Source: Alphaproteobacteria bacterium
Lineage (GTDB): Bacteria; Pseudomonadota; Alphaproteobacteria; Bin95
Direction of reading: 5' to 3'
Assembly (NCBI GenBank): GCA_965205265.1
Contig: CBDBGH010000003.1
Span: forward strand, 3,776,001 to 3,840,000
DNA: 64,000 nt
The notes under the pieces are model-generated. The model was given only the letters and a program-made list of their open reading frames with translations. It had not been told where the DNA came from and searched no databases. Below, piece after piece: positions 58,408-64,000 of this stretch. Within the stretch, counting starts at the first letter, position 1. The number at the start of each line of letters is the position of its first letter. The translations under genes and the position numbers were made by a program.

Positions 58408-58770
58408 TCAGGCGTAATAGTGGATTTCGAGCAGCATGCAGCCGCCGTCGGAGCGGAACGGCCCGTGATACGCGCCCGGCGGGCGGCAGGCATAGGTGTT
58501 GGGCGCGAAGCTCTCGGCCGCCGGCCCGGTCCCGACGACGAGGTCGCCCGAGAGCAGATAGACCTCCTCCCAGTAGTCATGCACGAAGGGCTCGGTGGTG
58601 AACGCGCCGGGTGCAAAGCGCAGCAGGCGCGACCGGCTGCCCTCGCCGGCGGCTTCGTCCAGCCCGCCCGCCAGGATTTTCTGCTCGATGCCGGCCGGAT
58701 AGCCCTCCGGCACCTCCCAGCCCGTGTCTAGATCGACGCTGTGGAACTCCAGATGCCCCTTGTCGAACAT
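58408..58770 (-). CDS. cupin-domain protein (ChrR-like)
   Basis: HDYWEEVYLLSG, RPPGAYHGPF. Confidence 0.85.
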   Translation of the reverse strand: MFDKGHLEFHSVDLDTGWEVPEGYPAGIEQKILAGGLDEAAGEGSRSRLLRFAPGAFTTEPFVHDYWEEVYLLSGDLVVGTGPAAESFAPNTYACRPPGAYHGPFRSDGGCMLLEIHYYA

Positions 58771-58853
58771 CCCCCGGCCCTCCTGCCTGCCCCGGTCGGT
58801 TGCGCGGCGTCCACTCTGCCACAGGGAGCGCGCCTGCGGAATGCAGGCGGGGT

Positions 58854-59675
58854 TCAGGCAGGCCGGGCGTCGCCGCCGGGAACTCCCTCGATGCGGAACT
58901 CCGCGCGGCCGTAGCCGGCTTCGGCGGGAATGCGCATGATCCGCCCGCCCTCCACGAACTCGACCTCCGGCAGCACGGGCACGACCGCCGCCGCGGCCGC
59001 CGCGCCGCGCGCTTCGCCCACGGTCCGCGAGCGGGCGAGCTTCTCCATGTTGAGCCTCGTGGGGAAGAGCACCGTGTAGCGGCCGTCGGCCTGTCCCTGC
59101 CGGAGCGCCTCCCAGGAAATCCAGACCGAATCCACCGACTCGCGCCCGTCATGCGCCGCCGCGCGGACCTGCGCCGGCGGCGCTTCGGCGAGGTAAAAAT
59201 GCGTGTCGAAGCGCTTCGGCATGTGCTCGGGCGTCACCCAGTGGGCGAAGCGGGTGAGCGCGTCGGTCGCGAATTCCAGGTTCTCCGCCTCCGCCATCTC
59301 GGCCATGGCGGCGCGGTCCTGCTCCAGCGCCAGCCGCCAGCGGTCCCGAAGCGCGGCCAGCCGGTCCGGCCCGACGAAATCCCCGCCGCCCCGCTCGCGC
59401 GCCAGCAGCACGCCCGCTTCCTCGAACGCTTCGCGCACGCAGGCCGTGCGGATCGCGAGCGCGGCGTCGGAAAGCGCCTCGGCGCCCCGGCAGCGGGAGC
59501 GGAGCCGGGGGTCGCGGTCCGCGTCCTCGACCTTGCCGCCGGGAAAGACAAGCGCGCCGGTGGCGAAATCGATCCGGTGGTGGCGCACCACCATGAAGAC
59601 CTCGATGCCGTCCGGCCCGTCGCGGCCGAGCATGAGCGTGGCCGCGAGCCGGGGCTCGACCGCCGCACCGCTCAA
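58854..59675 (-). CDS. NUDIX hydrolase
   Basis: VFPGGKV, REAFEEAG, HWVTP..KRFDT. Confidence 0.88.
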   Translation of the reverse strand: MSGAAVEPRLAATLMLGRDGPDGIEVFMVVRHHRIDFATGALVFPGGKVEDADRDPRLRSRCRGAEALSDAALAIRTACVREAFEEAGVLLARERGGGDFVGPDRLAALRDRWRLALEQDRAAMAEMAEAENLEFATDALTRFAHWVTPEHMPKRFDTHFYLAEAPPAQVRAAAHDGRESVDSVWISWEALRQGQADGRYTVLFPTRLNMEKLARSRTVGEARGAAAAAAVVPVLPEVEFVEGGRIMRIPAEAGYGRAEFRIEGVPGGDARPA

Positions 59676-60130
59676 TTCTCGCGGCCCTTCATCATGCGCA
59701 CGGCCTTGTAGCTCACCACCGTCTCGCCGCGCTGGTTCACCACGTCGTTCCGGGTCGTCACGATGCCGCGATTACCCTTGCTGGTGGCGCGCACATGCAG
59801 CACCTCGACCTCGACATGGATGGTGTCGCCGACATTGGTGGGACCCAGCACCTTGAGCTCGGTTTCCAGCATGGCGAGCCCGGTGTGCTGCATGGTGGAC
59901 TGCACCAGCAACCCCTCCGCGAAGGTGTAGCAGAGCGCGCCCGGCACCGGCCGCGCGCCCGCGATCGCGCCCTGGCCGGCATAGGTCGCGTCGGTGAAGA
60001 TCATCTCCACCATGCCGCAGGCATTGATGAAGTTGACGAGGTCCGCTTCGGTCACGGTGCGGTTGATGGTGCGGAACCGCTCCCCGACCTCGAGTTCGTC
60101 CCAGTGCAGGCCGAGGCCGACTGTGCGCAT
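59672..60130 (-). CDS. MaoC-like dehydratase
   Basis: RTVTEAD, VGDTI, VVNQRGE. Confidence 0.88.
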   Translation of the reverse strand: MRTVGLGLHWDELEVGERFRTINRTVTEADLVNFINACGMVEMIFTDATYAGQGAIAGARPVPGALCYTFAEGLLVQSTMQHTGLAMLETELKVLGPTNVGDTIHVEVEVLHVRATSKGNRGIVTTRNDVVNQRGETVVSYKAVRMMKGREN

Positions 60131-60179
60131 GGATTGGTGTTTCTTGTGCTTCGGTAGGATACTGCCTGACGGGCCGGGC

Positions 60180-61538
60180 TTACCCGGCCGGATCGGGGTC
60201 CCGATCCGTTTCCATCAGAAGTTGGACATCGTGTTCTGTCGGGGAATGCTCCCCAATTCCTTCCAGGATGAATTCGCCCATGCTGAACATGGTGCGCACG
60301 GCCTCTGCAATCAGGAAGAGGCGGAAACTCGGAATCGGGCAGACCAGCCTATGGTCCTCGCCCTCCTGCAGTGCGCCCCTGTGAACGAGGTGGTTCAGGA
60401 GTCCCGTGGGAGACATGCCCTCCGGCAACTGCCTGGCGCTGCTGCCTTCGGGCCTGTCGCGGATGCGCGCTCGGATGGTATCCACAACCTGATGCCGGTG
60501 CAGCCCGCCATCCCGGGCCGCCGCCATAATGTTGCCGACAAGTATGACGGCGTCACGCATCTCCTGGCTCCTGCGTCTCTCATAAGAGTCCAGACGCAAT
60601 GCGAGAGCGTGGCCGGTCACCGCCCGCTCATCGACCTTTGCAAGCACACCGCCAAACTCAAGAAGCCCTTCGCCGAGCGCCTGCATCGCATTCTGCAAAT
60701 GTTGCGGCCAACGGTCCGAAATGCGTTCCAGCAGCGCTGCCCAACGCTCGACATCGGCATTTTCGGCCTCAATGCGGAAGCTGGCCATCATCCGCCGTAC
60801 CGCCTCGGCCGCCTGCCCGGCATCCAGACAGCCGATTGTAAACACCGAGCCGGTCGAGAGGCGTGAGATTCCTCCCCGCTCGGTAAGCGCTGCCTGCGAA
60901 CTGGACAGACCGGCCAATACCGGCACAATCGGCAGACGGTCTACGGCGAGATGCAGGGATTCCAGTATCTTTCCCTCTTTCGGGTCCAGATTCTGGATTT
61001 CATCCACCATAAGGCAGATCGGCCGGTTCCAATCGGCGGGCGGGAATATCCGACGGAGCTCGGAAAGACCGGCGAGCGGTGGCGAGGTCGCCGTCGCTTG
61101 CGTCCCGCTGCCGCCAAGGGGGCCGATTCCGACGGTGGCTGCCCGGCTGCGCGTCACCGTCTGGCGGAACTGTTTCGCCTTGTCCGGGTCGAGCAGTTCG
61201 GCAATGGCGAGCACAAGAGCAGCCGGGTCATCCAGGGTCGGGCGATCCACCAATAACGGATGTGGGTTGCCGTCGCCCGATTGCGCCCAACTTTGCTGAA
61301 GATGCATGAGCAGGGCGGTCTTGCCGGCGCCGGGCGCCCCTTGGAAGAGGCGGGTTGCTCCTGCCAGCGCCTTTCCCTCCTTGAAGCGGCGGAAGGCGAG
61401 CGCGCAGGTCTGCTCGATCTCGTCGATTTCCGCCTTGCGGCCGACGAAGAACCATGCCGCGTTCCGGTCGCGCTCGGCGACGAACTCCCGAAGCCTGTCC
61501 AGATCGGGGCTGCGATCCTGTCCGGTGTCTGCCGTCAT
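60180..61538 (-). CDS. AAA-family ATPase with C-terminal winged-helix-like region
   Basis: FVGRKAE, GAPGAGKT, MVDEIQN, WPQHLQ; start uncertain. Confidence 0.8.
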   Translation of the reverse strand: MTADTGQDRSPDLDRLREFVAERDRNAAWFFVGRKAEIDEIEQTCALAFRRFKEGKALAGATRLFQGAPGAGKTALLMHLQQSWAQSGDGNPHPLLVDRPTLDDPAALVLAIAELLDPDKAKQFRQTVTRSRAATVGIGPLGGSGTQATATSPPLAGLSELRRIFPPADWNRPICLMVDEIQNLDPKEGKILESLHLAVDRLPIVPVLAGLSSSQAALTERGGISRLSTGSVFTIGCLDAGQAAEAVRRMMASFRIEAENADVERWAALLERISDRWPQHLQNAMQALGEGLLEFGGVLAKVDERAVTGHALALRLDSYERRRSQEMRDAVILVGNIMAAARDGGLHRHQVVDTIRARIRDRPEGSSARQLPEGMSPTGLLNHLVHRGALQEGEDHRLVCPIPSFRLFLIAEAVRTMFSMGEFILEGIGEHSPTEHDVQLLMETDRDPDPAG

Positions 61539-61618
61539 CTCCGTGGAACCCGCCATTAGGCGTGTCATTTCCTGTCCGGGCAACCTAACGACTGCGGGAC
61601 ATCGCGCAAGCGGGACGC

Positions 61619-62806
61619 CTAAATGGCTGCCCCGGCGGCCTTGAGCGCGTCGATCTCCTCCGCTCCGTAGCCTACCTCGCCCAGCAACTCGGCGGTGTGC
61701 TGGCCGAGGCGCGGCGGGTGATGCGTATAGACATGCCCGCTCTTCTCGAAGCGCACCGGGAAGTCGGGCTGGACGATGGGCCCCTCGCTCGGATGCTCCA
61801 TATGGCGGAAGAAGCCGACCGCCTTCAGATGCGGGTCCTCGGGCAGGTCCTCCATCGCGTTCACGCGCATATAGGGAATTTCCAGCCGTTCCAGCAGTTC
61901 GACCCATTCCTCCGTGGTGCGCGTCGCCAGGATTTCGCCGACGACCGCATAGAGTTTCTCGACATTCTCCGTGCGCGCACCCATGTCGGCGTATAGCGGA
62001 TCGTCCGCCAGCCCCGCCCGGCCCGCCGCCTCCACGAACCGGCGCCACTGGCCGTCATTGTAGGCGAGCACGTTCAGATGCCCGTCCGCCGTCGGATAGG
62101 GCTTGCGCCAGCGCGCCAGCACGCGCGGATAGCCCATCGGCGCCAGCGGCGGATCGAACACATGGCCGTAGAGATGCTCCATGGCGTTGAAATGCGCCAT
62201 GGACTCGAACATCGGCACCTCGACGAACTGGCCCTCGCCCGTTCGCTCCCGGTGCAGCAGCGCCGCCGCCACCGCCCAGGCCGCCATGAGCCCGCAGGTC
62301 TTGTCGGCGGCCACCATCGGCGTGAAGCGCGGCTCGCCCGCAAGCGGCTCCATCAGCGCCGCCAGTCCCGAGCCGCCCTGGATGATGTCGTCATAGGCCG
62401 GCCGCCCGGCATAGGGGCCTTTCTCGGAAAAGCCGTGCAGGCCCGCATAGACGATGCGCGGGTTGCGCGCCCCGACCGCGTCGGGCCCGAAGCCGAGACG
62501 CTGTATCGCCTGCGGGCGGATCGAGTGGATGAACACGTCGGCCGTGTCCACCAGCCGCCAGAGCGCCTCGCGCGCCTCCTCGCGCTTGAGGTCGAGGCAG
62601 ACGCCGCGCTTGTTGCGGTTGCAGAGCAGGAAGAAGGCCGCCATGCCGGGATTGCGCCCCGGCCCGGTCTTGCGGGTCGTGTCGCCTGCGGGCGCCTCGA
62701 TCTTCACGACATCGGCGCCCATGTCTCCCAGCAGCATGGTGCAATAGGGGCCGAACAGCACGGAGGTGAGGTCAAGGACCCGGATGCCTTCCATCGGCGC
62801 GCTCAC
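61619..62806 (-). CDS. CaiB/BaiF class III CoA-transferase
   Basis: GIRVLDLT, LGDMGADVVKIE, NRNKR, PAYD, PRLGQHT. Confidence 0.93.
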   Translation of the reverse strand: MSAPMEGIRVLDLTSVLFGPYCTMLLGDMGADVVKIEAPAGDTTRKTGPGRNPGMAAFFLLCNRNKRGVCLDLKREEAREALWRLVDTADVFIHSIRPQAIQRLGFGPDAVGARNPRIVYAGLHGFSEKGPYAGRPAYDDIIQGGSGLAALMEPLAGEPRFTPMVAADKTCGLMAAWAVAAALLHRERTGEGQFVEVPMFESMAHFNAMEHLYGHVFDPPLAPMGYPRVLARWRKPYPTADGHLNVLAYNDGQWRRFVEAAGRAGLADDPLYADMGARTENVEKLYAVVGEILATRTTEEWVELLERLEIPYMRVNAMEDLPEDPHLKAVGFFRHMEHPSEGPIVQPDFPVRFEKSGHVYTHHPPRLGQHTAELLGEVGYGAEEIDALKAAGAAI

Positions 62807-63690
62807 AACCCGTCCTCCCGCCCGGCGCCCGAATAGTCGAGCTCGAACCAGGACGGCCGCCCGAACGCCCAGGGATCGCCCCAGAGCTGCTGGCCGCCGT
62901 CCACCGTCACCACCTCGCCGGTGACGAACTTGCCCGACGGCGCGGAGAGGTAGGCGATGGCCTCCGCTACATCCCATTCGTCGCCGGCGCGCAGCATCGG
63001 GTTGGACTGGGCGAATGTGGCGGCTCCCGATGCCGGGTAGCGGCCGAAGGCGGTCGTCTCGCAGCAGCCGGGGGCCACGCAATTGATGCGGATGCCGAGC
63101 GGCGCCCACTCGACCGCCACCGTCCTGGAGAGATACACGACGCCCGCGCGCGCCGCGGCGGTATGCGCCACGCCGGGAATGCCGCGCCATATATCGGCCA
63201 CCACATTGACGATGGAGCCGCTTTCCTCCCGCTCCCGCCAGAGGCGCGCGGCGGTCTGCATCATCCACCAGGTGCCGTTCAGATTGGTGTCGATGACGGC
63301 CCGCCAGCCCTTGACCGAGAAGTCGATGGCGTCCTGCGCGAACTGGCCGCCGGCATTGTTGACGAGATGGTCCAGCCGGCCGTGCTCCTCGAACACGCGG
63401 CCGAGCAGCGCGCCCACGGCTTCCGGGTCGCGGATGTTGCAGACGGCCGTGTCGAGGGCGAAGCCGCGCTCCCGGAACAACGCCTCCAGCGCATGGAGCT
63501 TGGCCCGGTCGCGCCCGATGACCACGACCCGGGCCCCCAGCCGCGCGAACAGGATCGCCGTCGCCTTGCCGAGCCCGCTGCCGCCGCCCGAGACCAGCGC
63601 CGTCTCGCCCTGGAACAGGTCCCCGCGATAGACCGTCGGCCAGTCGAACATCCGCTCGTCATGGCCGTATGCCGCCGGGCCGCCGGTCAT
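62803..63690 (-). CDS. SDR oxidoreductase (2,4-dienoyl-CoA reductase-like)
   Basis: SGGGSGLG, NNAGGQF, RINCVAPG, VDGG. Confidence 0.9.
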   Translation of the reverse strand: MTGGPAAYGHDERMFDWPTVYRGDLFQGETALVSGGGSGLGKATAILFARLGARVVVIGRDRAKLHALEALFRERGFALDTAVCNIRDPEAVGALLGRVFEEHGRLDHLVNNAGGQFAQDAIDFSVKGWRAVIDTNLNGTWWMMQTAARLWREREESGSIVNVVADIWRGIPGVAHTAAARAGVVYLSRTVAVEWAPLGIRINCVAPGCCETTAFGRYPASGAATFAQSNPMLRAGDEWDVAEAIAYLSAPSGKFVTGEVVTVDGGQQLWGDPWAFGRPSWFELDYSGAGREDGL

Positions 63691-63852
63691 GCGGACGGGC
63701 GGCCTCCGGCCCGCACGCGCCGGGCATGGCGAACCGGATAACGGCCGGGCGGTCCTGCCCCGTTCTGTCCGGTCCCGTGCAAATGCCTGCCTCCCGCGTC
63801 CTCCCGGCGCGGCCGGAATGTGGCAGTCCCCGCGCCGCCGCGCAACCGGCGG

Positions 63853-64000
63853 TCAGTCGCGTCCGCCCAGCTTGGCCAGCAGGGCGAGGGCCTCGCCCGC
63901 GGTTTCGACGAAGGCCGTGTCGTCGAGGAGTTCCGGCGAAAGGAAGCCGGCGCGTTCCATCTCCGAAAGCAGGTGCGAGAGCGGCGACCAGAAGGCGCGG
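63853..64000 (-). CDS. C-terminus of a probable LOG-family (Rossmann-fold) protein
   Basis: Manual translation AFWSPLSHLLSEMERAGFLSPELLDDTAFVETAGEAL; 5' part outside the window. Confidence 0.5.
   Translation of the reverse strand, partial: RAFWSPLSHLLSEMERAGFLSPELLDDTAFVETAGEALALLAKLGGRD

Noticed and set aside
1-64000. tRNA, rRNA or reverse transcriptase (retron/DGR) genes
   Set aside because: No such motifs recognised by eye; a covariance-model search would be needed to exclude small RNAs

Overview
GC-rich alphaproteobacterial DNA (Rhodospirillales-like; a sponge-symbiont origin is only an inference from gene content). (1) 1-~26990 is the right part of an integrative/mobilizable element: leading-region genes (7x zinc-ribbon protein, SSB, DUF4326-like, SLOG/DUF2493-like), a complete type II-C CRISPR-Cas9 locus (tracrRNA, cas9, cas1, cas2, 36-bp repeat array) lying between a full MOBF relaxase and a diverged duplicate of its 3' end, a FitAB-like TA pair, a Type ISP restriction-modification enzyme and two tandem tyrosine integrases. 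It appears to be inserted in a Dam-like methylase gene that is itself cargo of an IS1595 element. (2) 28.9-41.7 kb is catabolic genes plus a darTG toxin-antitoxin locus whose darT is split by a 2.6-kb large-serine-recombinase element. Excision at a GGCG repeat would restore darT in frame and also build a new gene across the circle junction. (3) 41.7-52 kb is a podovirus (T7/BPP-1-like) head/tail/terminase/holin module with no replication or integration genes. It carries two perfect alphaproteobacterial LexA boxes and is a candidate domesticated, SOS-inducible gene-transfer-agent-like system. (4) 52-64 kb is ordinary metabolic genes with a vapBC pair and an orphan AAA ATPase. All family calls come from motif recognition by eye, not database searches.
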